From assembly GCF_963506605.1 (NCBI RefSeq), contig NC_083288.1, positions 36,704,001 through 36,768,000 of the forward strand: a stretch of DNA of 64,000 nt, written 5' to 3'. A program made the position numbers and the translations under genes. Source of the DNA: Zootoca vivipara (lineage: Eukaryota). The notes below the pieces were generated by a model. The model had not been told where the DNA came from. It searched no databases and saw only the letters and a program-made list of their open reading frames with translations. Shown one piece after another: positions 21,860 through 34,700 of this stretch; positions within the stretch are counted from its first letter, which is position 1, and every line of letters starts with the position of its first letter.

Positions 21860-24800
21860 TTATTCTTTATACCCCGCTCATCTGGCCAGGTCTCCCCTGC
21901 CACTCTGGGCAGCTTCCAGTACACATCAAAATACATTAAAATATCACAGACTAAAAACTTTCCTAAACAGGGCTGCCTCTAGGTATTTTCTAAATGTCAA
22001 GTAGTTGTTTATCTCTCTGATGGGAGGGCGTTCCACAGGGCGGGTGCCACTACCGAGAAGGCCCTCCGCCTGGTTCCCTGTAGATTTGCTTCTTGCAGTG
22101 AGGGAACCGCCAGAAGGCCCTCAGCACTGGATCTCAGTGTCCGGGCTGAACAGTGGGGGTGGAGACACTCCTTCCAGGTATACAGGACCGAGGCCGTGTT
22201 GTTAATGAAGTGATACAGAAATCTTGCTAATTCCCCGGGTAGCAGGCAAACAAAACAGACAAAAGCAATTCTTAAAAATACAAAATATCATGATTAGAAG
22301 TCAACAGTAAAAGGCCATTAAGCATACCAGACCAAATGAAGCAGCCCAGATTTAAAAGCCTGGCATAGTAAGAAAAGATATTTACTTGGTGCTGAACAGA
22401 CCACAGAGAAGACTCCAGGAGAGCCTTTTTGGGGAGAAGATATTGCATGGTCAGGGTGGCACTAGCAAAAATACCCTCTCCTTGGTAGGGACACCTGTCG
22501 CTAGACTTCTGAAGGGGATCTTAAGGTTTGGGTAGGCACCTGTGCAGGGAGGTGATCAGTCAGGTAACCTGCTCCCAAGCTGTTTGGGGCTCTATGGATT
22601 AAAACCAGCACTTTAAACTGGGTCTGGAAATGGACTGGGAGGCAGTGTAGCTGACAAAGCCCTGGCATAATATGATAAAAAATGCCCAGTTGCAAAGAAT
22701 ACAGTATTCTGCTCAGTGTGGATTTTACTATTCCAGGGCTGTAATGACAGGAGAATCCGCAGCCTTAGTAGAATTTTGTGCACCTCACAAAGGTACAAGA
22801 GTCTGCATTGGTTGCTGGTATGTTTCTGCTCTGAATTCAAGCCCTTGTCAGTAACACATAAAGCCCTGAACAACTTGGGATCTAGATGAATTGAAGGAGC
22901 ATCTTTCCTGCATAGTCCTACTGAGGAGTTGAGATCTGCCAGGGAGGCCCTGCTTACCATCCCGCCACTCACCAATATACATGGTGTCAGGAAACAGGGC
23001 CTTTTCTGTGGTGGCACCCTGACTTTGAAATCCCTTGAGATTCTACAAATGTCTGTGTTGATGTTCTCCTGACATCAGCTTAAAAGTATGGCTGTTTGCA
23101 AAGGTGTTTGGGTACTGGGACTGCTTTTTTCATCCTGAACTAGTTTTATACTGAACAGGTCTACTTATCCTGTTTTTAATCGGTGTTGAACGTTATTCAT
23201 TGAGGGTGTAGTGTTCCCTGTCCCAGGGTCCTTGGATTAAGGGTGGGCTCTAAACATTTCAAATAAATAAAATAATTAGGATGAAAGATTCCATTTGGGG
23301 ATTTTTTTCTGGAGGGGAAGTGCAAATTAAAAATTGTTGTTGTTGTTTAGTCGTTTAGTCGTGTCCGACTCTTCGTGACCCCATGGACCATAGCACGCCA
23401 GGCACTCCTGTCTTGCACTGCCTCCCGCAGTTTGGTCAAACTCATGTTCGTAGCTTCGAGAACACTGTCCAACCATCTTGTCCTCTGACGTCCCCTTCTC
23501 CTAGTGCCCTCAATCTTTCCCAACATCAGGGTCTTTTCCAAGGATTCTTCTCTTCTCATGAGGTGGCCAAAGTATTGGAGCCTCAGCTTCACGATCTGTC
23601 CTTCCAGGGAGCACTCAGGGCTGATTTCCTTAAGAATGGATAGGTTTGATCAAAATTAAAAATGGGAACCCCCAAAAGCTGCCTTATACGAGATAAAAGT
23701 ATTTCTCCCTTTAGCCTAATGTTCTTCTCTGGTTAGGAGCAGCTCTCAGGCGTCTTGGGAAGAAGTCTTTCCCATCAGTTATCTGATTTTGAACAGGAAG
23801 AAATGGGAATTGAGTGAATGGTTGTGCTGGGGGGGTGTCCTGTGCATGTAAATATTTTGCCAAGCTCTGGTCTCTCTTTCCCTGCATTCTCCTTTTTGAG
23901 CTGACTTGCAATCCCTAACTCCCGATCCCACTGTGTTGGAACTGTTCGCAATGGGGAAACTTTTTTGATCTGCTTGTTCCCCACAGACCTGAGGATCAAG
24001 CAGTTTGGAGGGGCAGCTGCGGGGCTCGTGCTCACACTGGCCACCTGCCACATCCACACCCTCCACTCGCTTATCACCATCTTGGGGACGTGGCTGATAA
24101 TCAACATCTCACCAAGGTAAAGGAGGGAGCTGGGAGGCAGTGGAACAGGAAAGACGGGGGGCGCTTGTAGTTCTGTGTGGCGGGCCGGGAGGCCTAGTCA
24201 GATGAATGAAGACACCTTGCAAACGTAGTTTGGTTGTTTGCAGGTGGCTACAGTTTAGCAGGCAAGGTTGGGATTTTGGGAATCGGATCTCCCGGAATTT
24301 CTACCTGCAAGGTTTAAAAAGTTGAAGCAATGTGGGGCTTAAGAGCAGGGCAGATAAGCCAGTGGTCCTCCAGAGGTTGTTAGGACTACATCTCCTGTTA
24401 TCTCTAACCATTGGCTATGCTGGCTAAGACTGATAGAAGTGGCCCTCAATTATCACACAGAAGGCCACGGACGCATCTCAGGTTTAGAGAAAAGAAGGTT
24501 TTGTCCCTTTTGATGCAGAGACATAGAGCCCTGAAAATGGGGCAAACGTCTTCCAGATTATTACTTTACTGTCATTGTTGTTGCTATGTTTATTACCTGC
24601 CCTTCAGCCTAAAGTCACAGGGCAGGTTACAAGAATTTAAAATTCAACATTAAAAACACACAGTTGAAAAAAATACAGTCTGGGGAAAGAAATAGGGCAG
24701 GTCTTGAAAATGGATATCTTCAGTAAATTTACAACATTAGGATATTGGTCAGTGAGAATGGAACAGCCAGAGTAGAGTGTGTGGTATGTGTGGATATTAT

Positions 24801-27800
24801 TACCCTGATGTCGCAGGATGAATTACAACAACAAAAGCACAGTGTTAAAAATATACACCTCAAATGTCAAAAGCCAGGGTACAGAAGTGTATCTTTAGCA
24901 TTTGCCGAAAGCTGCATAAAGAAGATACCAGACCCACCTGTGTGGAGAACAATTCATTAAAGAATAATGAATAGTTCATTAATATTTACAGCCTTTTATC
25001 TGCTTCTCCCCTCACACACACCAGGGCCTGTCACTACCTGACACTTGGCTGGACCTTTTCCTACCTGCTCTTTTTCCGTACAATTGGCTACTTTGGCTTC
25101 CCAGAGCCAACACCTTTCACCAATGCCGTGCAGCTCTTACTCACTCTCAAGGTAAGAGGGGCTGCGCTTTGGACCCGGGGTATGGGGAAGGGGCTCCCTA
25201 GGAAGCTCGTTTCCCATGATGCCTTAATCTGTGTCTCCCAGATGGTGAGCTTAGCCAACGAAGTACAAGAACTCACTCGGGCGAAGAAACAGGATGTGAC
25301 ATCATTTGCCAAGGGTCCAGTGATTGGCGTGATCCCTACAATGCCCGGACTGGTGGAGATACTGTGCTACAGTTATTGCTATGTTGGGCTCATGACAGGT
25401 ACCTGAGTTACCTAACAGAAAGCAGTGGTCAAACTGGGTAGGGTGAAATATGTGTACAGCACCAAATTCTAGGGATGGGTTTGTTTGTTTTTTAAATCAT
25501 GGTTACCACAGCTTTAGACTTCACCAAAAATATGAAAATTGATGACAGGAGACAGAGGGTCTGGGGGTTCCCATTTTCTGTTTCAGTTTTATTTTGAAGA
25601 GGGAGCAAGATAAAAGATAAGAAAAGGAAGACATATTTCACCTTTGCCTGTTGCTCTAATCGTCATAGCTGGTTTTGTGGCATGATTGTGTGTGTGTGTG
25701 TGTGTGTGTATCCGTAGAAGCACCAGCATGCCTCTGACTCTTGGTGTTTATGGAAAGAATATGCCTTTCTTCCTCTCTCCATTCATTATCTTTGTGTGAC
25801 TTTCCAGTTCATGTGTGGTAACGTTGATTGTTCTTTCCTTTTCTGCTTTGTGGGAACAGCACAAAAATATCCGAGCACTACCTCTGCGACAGATAATGAG
25901 GGCTAGAAACTTGGAATGAATGCTGAGATCCTGCAGGTTCTGCTTGTGGCACCAGATCCCGTGAGGAGACATAGGGCTAGGCTACTGGACGCATCAAACT
26001 CTTACCCAGCACCCAAGCTACACATCCTCTTAAGACTTAAGTTATTAAGATCTGTGGCTGCATGATAGGCTTTTGTGTGTCTTGGTTTTTCTGAGGAACA
26101 ATTCATTTCTGTCTGCTCATTGATCTCAATTTCTTTTTTCTTTTTCTTTTTTTGCACCTAGGCCCATTTTTTCGCTACCGTACTTACCACGATTGGCTGA
26201 ACCAGCCTAACTCCACAATCATCCCTAGCTGGAAACCGCTGCTTTCGAGAATGAAAATGATCCCCATCTTTGGGGTCTTTTTCCTGGTGGTCTCTCACTT
26301 CTTCCCCCTCCAATATGTCCGCAGCGATGCCTTCTATGAACGGGGACTCCTGTTCCGAATCTTCTACATGGTACCCATCTTCTTCGTCTTCCGCATGCGC
26401 TTCTATGTCGCCTGGCTCTGCGCCGAATGCGCCTGCATTTCTGCTGCCTTCGGTGCCTATCCAACCACCGCCAAATCACGGTCAGGCGGTGGGCCCACTG
26501 TGGAATACGTGCCAATCAGCAGGTTAGTCAAGGAGATGTTCCCTGTCTGCAGTAGAAGATGGGCTAGATTTAGAGAATGGCATGGAAGTGTCCTGCCCCC
26601 AGAAGGCAAGGTGCCATATTCTGACACTAGCTAAATCTTTTATACAGTCTTCAAGGGTAGCCCAATGTAGAGAGCACTGCAGTAGTCAATTCATGAGGGC
26701 ATTAAGATGTTCTTGTTTTGTCTACACTTCTAAAGCAACTCAGATGAAGGGGGAGCGTCCAGCATCACCTATGATTATGAGACAATCAAGAACATTGATC
26801 CACATGGCACTGACTTCTGTGTCAAGGTGAAGGATGGCATGCGCTACTGGAACATGAGTGTCCAATGGTGGTTGGCGCAGTACATTTACAAAAGCGCACC
26901 TGTCCGGTCCTATGTCTTAAGGTGAGCAAAGCACTATCATTGGGGGAAGGGGGTATGGGGGAGATGGCCTGTTGTGGTGGATTGGTGTGAAGGTGGACTC
27001 TGAGGTTCTGAGATGAATTGCAGGGAAGGTTCTTCTGGGAACAGCCAGTAAAGAGGGTTCTGGGATACGTGGTTGTTGGTTGATTTGAAGACAGGTAGAG
27101 TAGAGAAATGCAGGCATGAGGGGGAGTAGCATAAATATGCAGGTGAGAGTTATGTGAGCAAATGTTGAGCCAAAAATATTATTGCGACCTTGGATGGTAG
27201 AGTGGTACCTCCAGTTGCGAACGCGATCTTTTTCCGGAGCTCCGGACGTATCCCAAAGTTTTCGCAACCGGAGAGACCGCTTCTGCACATGTGCTTGGGG
27301 CAGTAGACCGAGGTTAACATAACCCAAGGTTCCACTGTAGATGGAGAAAGCGAGGCAGTTGGCATGAAAGACTATGAAATGGTGGGAGTTGGTATGTTCT
27401 TCCCCACCTGCTCCAGTCGTCACCCGAGTCCCTCCAAGGATTGCCCTCAAGGGCTTAGGGGCCCAGTCACAAGTCTTTCACCCATGTTGTCAACCCAAGA
27501 GGGCAGGGCTGTGGATGCAGCAGGGTCCAAACAAACCAGGGTCAGTGCAGAGAATCCATCTAGGTCCAAACATGAACCAGGGACAAACTCAGGCATGTCC
27601 TAGATCAGCATCACAGGGAGTCAAATTAAAGTACAAGACGGCAAAGCAGTGTTCACCCAATAGACGTTTATGAAATTATGCGTGGCGTGGAGAAAATGGA
27701 TAGGGAAAAGTTTTTCTTTCATGACATTGACATCATGGGTGTCCAAGGAAGCTGAATGTTGGAAGATTCAGGACAGGTAAAGAAAGTCCTTCTTCACACA

Positions 27801-29168
27801 GTGCGTTGTTTTTTACTTTGGCACTTGCTCCCACAGGAGGTAGTGACAGCCAGCAACTTAGATGGCTTTAAAAGAAGATTGGACAGATTCATGGAGGTTA
27901 AGTGCCTATTGTCCACAATGGCTATTCCTCCACGGTTGGAGGCAGTAATGCTTCTAAACAGCAGTTGCTTGAAACCATAGGAGGGGATATTCTTATAGCA
28001 AAGGAAGGAAGCTAGAATCAGTGCCGTTAGCCAGAGACTTGTGCCGTTTCCAGCAGCTAGAAGATTCAAGAGGGAGGCCTTATATACTCTGGCTTTCTAA
28101 ACCACTCCTGAACAGCAGTTGGCATTGAAGGGCCTAAGCATTGACTTCAGGGACCCTGCCAACTCCTCAAGGTCATTGATCTGTGGTGTTTCTGCTTCAT
28201 CCTCTGCAGGTCTGCATAACATGACCTCGGGGTGTGAGGCTGGTGTCAAGTAGCTATAGTTTTTTGTGTGTGGTGGTGCCTATCTTGAGGAATTCCTTGC
28301 AAGTGAGGTCCATCGGGCTCCATCACTATACTTCGTCAGGCGATTGGTGAAAACCTGGCTTTTTGAAAAGGCCATTGGGTTAATTGTGTCATTTCGCTGG
28401 CTCAGTTCTATGTTCCAGAATAGAATTTTTAAAATAAAAAAATTATAATGTATCAGACATAGTATTGTTACTGTTCTTGGCAGAGTATAAATAGCTGGTT
28501 GGCTGTGGGCCAAGAGAGGAAGAGCTGACAGAAGTGTAGGAGATTGGCAACTTGGTTGTAGATAAGCCGAACAAGGAAGGCAACAAAATGTAAACGGAGG
28601 CTTGGCTTGAGAGCTGCAGTGAAGGATTCTGGGATTGACTTGACCAAAGTGTAACAACAGCAATGAAGGAGTCGGGGACTGAGAAGTGGGAAAGTGTGAG
28701 GAGAAATAGTGAAGGGTTCTGGGATATATGCTGGGATTGGCCTGAGGGGAGGATTCTCGGATTGAGAAGGCTCTCTTTCTTCCTAGGAGCGCCTGGACCA
28801 TGCTCATCTCTGCATACTGGCATGGGATTCACCCCGGCTACTACCTCAGCTTCCTTACCATCCCACTCTGCCTAGCAGCTGAGGGGGCGATGGAGAGCGG
28901 CTTCTTGAGGCACCTGACCCCTGCCGGCCGTCTCTATGGCGACTGGGTGCAGTGGTTCCTGAAGATGAGGGCCTATGACTACATGTGCATGGGCTTTGTG
29001 CTGCTCACCTTCGAGGACACCGTCCGCTACTGGAGCTCCATCTATTATTGCGTCCACTTGGGGGCATTGGCCTTCTTCCTGCTGGGGAAAAGGCTGGGGC
29101 TCCAGAGAGCGTGGGCCTCCCAGAAGGACAAAGATGGCGCTTTGGAGAAACCCCAGCGGCAGGAGTGA
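21532..29168 (+). CDS. MBOAT7: Lysophospholipid acyltransferase 7 (LPIAT1), 7 coding exons, 472 aa
   Basis: Exons 21532-21607, 23987-24116, 25025-25151, 25242-25398, 26162-26522, 26736-26921, 28787-29168 (1419 nt). MBOAT motifs GPFFRY, RYWNMSVQWWL (catalytic Asn) and SAYWHGIHPGYY (catalytic His). Confidence 0.96.
21817..22200 (-). mobile_element. L2-like LINE 3' fragment with (AAT)n microsatellite tail
   Basis: (AAT)n at 21817-21858, then TTTATACCCCGC..CACTCTGGGCAGCTTCC. The same 3' end occurs on + at ~40080-40259 with an (ATT)n tail. Confidence 0.65.
23335..23652 (-). mobile_element. Bov-B (RTE) LINE 3' fragment
   Basis: Translates as KLRLQYFGHLMRREESLEKTLMLGKIEGTRRRGRQRTRWLD (RTE ORF C-terminus), with a (CAA)n tail and TSD AAATTAAAAAT. 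Confidence 0.9.
25687..25709. repeat. (TG)n microsatellite
   Basis: Read directly. Others at 63282-63304 (TG), 20022-20037 (CA) and 59464-59492 (GGAA). Confidence 0.9.
27200..27337. mobile_element. Tc1/mariner (Tigger-like) MITE, degenerate
   Basis: TA|GAGTGGTACCT...GGTTCCACTG|TA termini. Confidence 0.6.
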
Positions 29169-29774
29169 TGGGGCTGAGGCAAGGCCGGCATAAGCCCTTG
29201 ACGTGGAGTGCTTCCGAAAGGCCCTGGAGGCTGAGGGAGCAGATGGGACTCAACATAAGACTTGTTTTTTTAACCTGTGTTTCATCGTTGAAACCACCAT
29301 TGAGGATCTGACTATAAGGAACCAGGAGTTGTGTCTCGAAAACTCAGCTCCTCACTTGTTCTCATACCTGAGGACTTAGGAATACCAACACCCAGTGCCA
29401 TGTCATTTGGCACCAGTATTTCTTTGGGCAGTGTGTGGGGAGGGAACTCCTAGAAATCTAAACTTCTAACACCGTTGACTATTAGATTTTCCTACTGGCT
29501 TTTGTTCACCTTCCAAGAAAGGTCAGAAGTCCTGGCTCCTAGCATCTCTGCAGAACTTGGTTCCTCTTTCTTTTCTATTTTTTTTTAAACCTAAAACACA
29601 CCCATGTTACAGGAAGAGAATCTGGGACTTTGCAAGAATGACCAGAGCTCCATCCCTAGCCTCATTCCCAACCGTTCCCAGATCTCACCTTGGAATAGGG
29701 GTTTACTGCCAGGGGAAAGAGAATATTGCAGATTTGCTACTGGGTGGTGGGTCATCTGAGGATACTAAGGTAAA

Positions 29775-29873
29775 AACACTGGCTCCCTCGGCCTGAAAGC
29801 AAGATGAGCGCCGCAACCCCATAGTCACATTTCACGGGACTTAACCGCCCAGGGGTCCTTTACCTTCACCTTT
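29775..29873 (+). mobile_element. 5'-truncated Sauria SINE in the MBOAT7 3' UTR region
   Basis: GGCTCCCTCGGCCTGAAAGCAAGATGAGCGCCGCAACCCC...CCTTTACC matches the 3' part of the 12984 copy; 12-bp TSD TACTAAGGTAAA. Confidence 0.85.
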
Positions 29874-31706
29874 TACTAAGGTAAATAAAAGCCCCAACTT
29901 CCTTCAAGCAACTCTGCAAAAACCTGTGAGGCTGTTGCTGAGCCCCGAGTCAGTGATTTCTACCACCCCCACCGTGGAAAAAAATAGGGGTGAGATTCTT
30001 GGAGGTGTCAGGACACCTCTGTATCGAGGAGTTTAGCTCAGTAAGGCTAATGCTTTAAGTACTGTACTGTGGAATGGGAGAAGCCGAAACTAAGAAGCAA
30101 AATGAAAAATTTGCATGCCACGTCAGCCACATTTTAAAATGTATCGGTGGTGATCTTCAGTTATAGGGAGCTGATTCAAGTGCAGCAAATTTAAGCCTGT
30201 GGCTTGCAGAATTTGCTTTAGGACACACAAATTATTATCTCAAGGTTCTAAAACTTTTTTTTATGTATGTTGGGTTGGGAGCCCTGTGGGTTTTACACTG
30301 CAGAACCCATGACTTGTCTGTACTTTTTGCCTGCCTCATGGATAACGTCTTTGCATTCTGAAGAAAGTAAGATGTAAAACAGCTCATCTCTATAAACATT
30401 GTGACCCAGGTCCGATGCAACTTTATTGGAAGCCTGAATGGGAAATAAAAACCTTTTTTTAAAAAACAACAACGAAACATCTCTTATTTATTCAGCTCCT
30501 TGCTTATCCTCAAGAGGGCAGTAAATGACAATCCCCAAGCCTTGAAAATAGTTATTGCTGTTGCAAATAATTGGATTTCAGCAGTTCCCAGCATAGAAAT
30601 AATTGCTACATGTCATTTGAAAGTGGACTTATATTACAGTAACTTTACAAGAATCCTTCCCTGCACATAAAAGGCAGCTCTGATTTCCTCCTGCCATCTC
30701 TGATCCAGTGATGGCTGGTGCCTATTTGTGATTGGTAGGATGCAAGGCAAGGAGCCCAAGTGGTAGGTGGAGCCAGAGAACCAGTGTCTGCCAGTGTGTT
30801 TTCTTGTTTTTCTTCCCTGTTATGGATGCTTTGAGATTCCTGCATTGCAGGGGGTTGGACTAGATGACCCTTGGTGTGTGCCTTCCAACTTTACAGTTCT
30901 ATGACTTCTACAAGAGTTAACACTGAGATTAAGGAGGAGGAAGCTGGCAGACAATACTATCCCCTGGTCCAGCCCTCATTGCAGCCAGATCTCACTTTTT
31001 ATATGCATAAGCAGAAGTAATCCCAGAATCCTTTGCTGTTTTGCCTTTCCAGTTCAAATCGGCTCATTGCAAGTACTTGTTCAACCAAATTCACACAAAC
31101 CTCTATCAGTATCAGAAGCCTCTGCAGCTTCACCTTTTCCATGTCAGATGGTGTGGATGTGTGTGCTGTTTTAAAGGACCCTTCTGGTGACTTTACTATT
31201 AAAAGACCAAAAGCTGCTGTACACATTATTTGATTAGACACAAGCCTTAAGATATCTAAAGAGTATATACACACTTTAAGTACGTCACGTGTGAATGTGA
31301 CAAAACAGCAAACAGATGTATTGCAAACACATGCTTGTCAACTTCCTGTTGAGTGGTATACCTAGGTTTGAGACTGCATAGCACCTCAAATGGCTCAATT
31401 TCTATTTGGATCAAAAAACTAAATAAATAAAATGTGTTTCCAAAGGGTCAACATACACACACTATTCCAGAGGCAGCTATACCACTTTTAAAAGGTCTTG
31501 TAGTAAAGATAAACATCTCTTTGCCACTGCTACTGCTTCTAGGCCTCAGGTCTGTTTGTTGCCAAGTTACTGCCTTTGTTCATGGGACAAGCAATCCGGA
31601 GAAATCATTAATCCATGCCCAGCCTTGTCTTAGTTCCTTGTTCCTTGTACTGGCAAGAGTAAAGTGCACTGAAAGGAAACTAGACAGAGAAATACAACCT
31701 GCAGCC

Positions 31707-34700
31707 ATGGGCGATGGCCAGGAAAGCAATTATGAGAGGAGAGAAGACAAAGCAGGTATGTGGTGGTCTTTTCTCCCTATAGATTGCTGGTTTGATCTGG
31801 GTCACAAAAATCCTCTAGCTTTTGAAATCTGTTGTTACTCTGCTACTGTCGCTGCCTAATCTGGAAGTATTGTGTGCTTCTGCAAACAGAATGCCGGAAG
31901 TGGGTTGGAATGCAATTGAATTGAAAGTGTATCTGAAAGTGGGAGAAAGGAATCAGCTTCCATTTGCAGGGCCACTTAAAAAAAAGACTTAGAGGAAAAC
32001 TCATCAGCAGTTGGGGAACCTCTAGTTCATTATGATCGACTATTCGGGGAGGGGATGGTATAAACATATCAGGCCTCTTAAGGAGAGATGCTGTGGAACT
32101 TGACAACGAGCATATAGATAGAATCTGGGACCTTCTGGTGAAGGGCACGTAATAGTAATAATAACAGCCCCAGAGCTACAATTCCTAGGGTGAAGCAAAA
32201 TAAAAAAATTCCTTCAGCAGCACCTTAAAGACCAACTAAGTTTTTATTTTGGTATGAGCTTTCGTGTGCATGCACACTTCTTCAGATACATGCACACGAA
32301 AGCTCATACCAAAATAAAAACTTAGTTGGTCTTAAAGGTGCTACTGAAGGATTTTTTTAATTTTGCTTCGACTCAGACCAACACAGCTACCTACCTGTAA
32401 TTCCTAGGGTGGTTTCTATATGCATGCATTGATATCTGGTGCAGGGTGAATTGAAAATGGGCTGCTTCTCCCTGAGCCATGAATGCCTCTCTCCTTACTC
32501 TGCTTCCTCTCTTCCAGGGTCCAGCTGGGGTCGCCATGGTCCGCCATCTCTCTATCTCCAGCTGCCAAGCAACCAGACACTACGTTTCCGTGGCAACAAG
32601 GCAGCGGCCTGGGGAGCCACTTGGGAGGGGGCATCTGAACCTAAGGTTGACCCTCAGGAATTTGTCCCGGAATTTGTAGGAGGGGAGGAAGAGGAAGACA
32701 GCAAGCCACTGAAAGAGCTGCCCCTCTGCCTTGAGGAGAAACGGAAGCTCAGGTAGTGCCAGGACGCCTGGGTCCTTGAGAAGGGGGTGAGGATTGATAC
32801 TCAGAAAACCCAAGGTGCTGCAGGCTTGGGCAACCTGTAGCCCGAGGGCACATGCAACCCTCAACTTAATTTAATGTAGATGTTGACCTTATCTGCATAC
32901 ACACCATAACATTTAAAGCACATTCCCCTCCCCAAAGAACCATGGGAACTGTAGTCTACCCCCTCACAGAGCTACAATTCCCAGCACCCTGAACATCAAA
33001 TGGGGGGGTGACAGAAAAAAGGAGATGACCTGTGGTTCTGACCAAACCTTTTGTCTCTGGCCCTTCCCCACGCCAGTACGCAGCCCCAACAGGAAAAGAA
33101 GACCCCAGGTTCTCCAAACATTCTCATGGGGTAGAGAAAAGGGAAGCAAGAACATCTGGGAATGAGAATAAGGATCTGATGAATTTCTTCTAAAAGAGAG
33201 GTGTGCCCGGCTGGGGAGGGACACGGGTTGCAAGGGGAGAGGCGTGTCTTGACTGGAGGGTGCTGCACAGCAACGAACTCTTAATCTATACAGTAGGTCA
33301 CAGCCACAACATCCACTTGAAGCACACGGCTTCCTCCAAATAACCCTGCAAACTGCACTTTGTTCAGGGTGCTGGGAAATGTTAAGAACTGCTTTGTGGA
33401 GGAAACTACAGTTCCCAGGGTCCCTTTAGGAGAAGCCATTTGCTGTGTGGATGTGGCTTCCGTGACATGTTTGTATGGAAAATTAATTAACATGTAGAGA
33501 AGCTGAGGGGCAGCATTTTATAGCATTTTGAGATATGGTGCTGTATTAGTTCATGTCAACGCTCTGAGGTTCCCAATAAGCCACCTGGGCTCTTTTCCTC
33601 CTCCCTGATCCCCCACCCCTTTTCAAGAGTTCTGCAGGAGCAAGCAGCCAGCAGGCTGAGTGGTTGGGAGCTCTGGCATGTGTGGAAGCGGAGGACGCTC
33701 CGGCGTGTGAGGAGCCAAGCCAGCTCAGTGGTTGCCTATGGGGAGATGTGGAGGAGCACGCTTCGCCACATTGGAGGTATGGGGAAGTTTAGTGGAGAGG
33801 GGGACAGAGTAGGACATGTTTTGTGTTTCATGGGCTCCGACTTGTCATCTTCTCTCTGCGCAGGCCAGTTTGGAACAGGGATCCAGTCCTACTTTAACTT
33901 TCTCCGTTTTTTGGTCTTGATGAATTTTGTTGCCTCCCTGCTGGTGGCAGGGTTTGTGATTGCTCCGAATGCGGCCTTTGAAGCCTTGTCACTCAATCGG
34001 ACAAGTCACCAGAACAGCAGTTTAGGTAAGCCATCGGGTAAGGAGGGATCCTGATTAAGGTAAGGAGTTATTTAAGTCTTCAGCAGGAGCTGGACTTCCA
34101 AGTTTTATCGAGGCATGACATTTCTCTTTGAACAGGACTCCTGTGCCTTGGACAGCTGTGTAGGAGGCAGAAGTTAAACAGGTGTAGCTTCTCCATCACT
34201 GCATTTCTGTGGTGTGTGACCTGGTGTATTTCTAAGCCTGTCATGCAGACATTAAAAGCTTGTCCAAAAAGAAAAAGGAAAAAAAGATGACACCCCACTG
34301 GGAAGGGGAATGGAGCTAAGAGGGTTGAATCGCGGACTCCAGCAACCAATTCTGTAGAAGGGAAGGAAACAAATTTTATTAGAAAAAGGGTACCACTCAG
34401 ATATTTTGGTCCTGGTCTTGTTATTTTCTTTTTGAGCCCCTAGGCAGGAATGCGTAATGCTGCACTCAAATAAAATTAAAACTCACCCCTCAAACTCTGT
34501 AACAAATACACCTCTTTTTTTGCATTCAAAATATATTATGCAAACGCTAATTATGTTTCCACATAGTTACCATGTTCTCCATTATTTCTTGAGTTTTTCT
34601 GATTTAGATTTGAAATAATGGAAGCAGACATCTGTTGTGTGTGCATCTGTTAAGGTGATGACAGAGAGGGAGAGGAGTAGTAGGAAAGTATGGAAACATC

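Noticed and set aside
30999-31274. 91-aa minus-strand ORF and overlapping plus-strand frames between MBOAT7 and TMC4
   Set aside because: No recognisable homology or supporting splice structure. The acceptor-like site at ~31052 could belong to a TMC4 UTR exon but cannot be supported.
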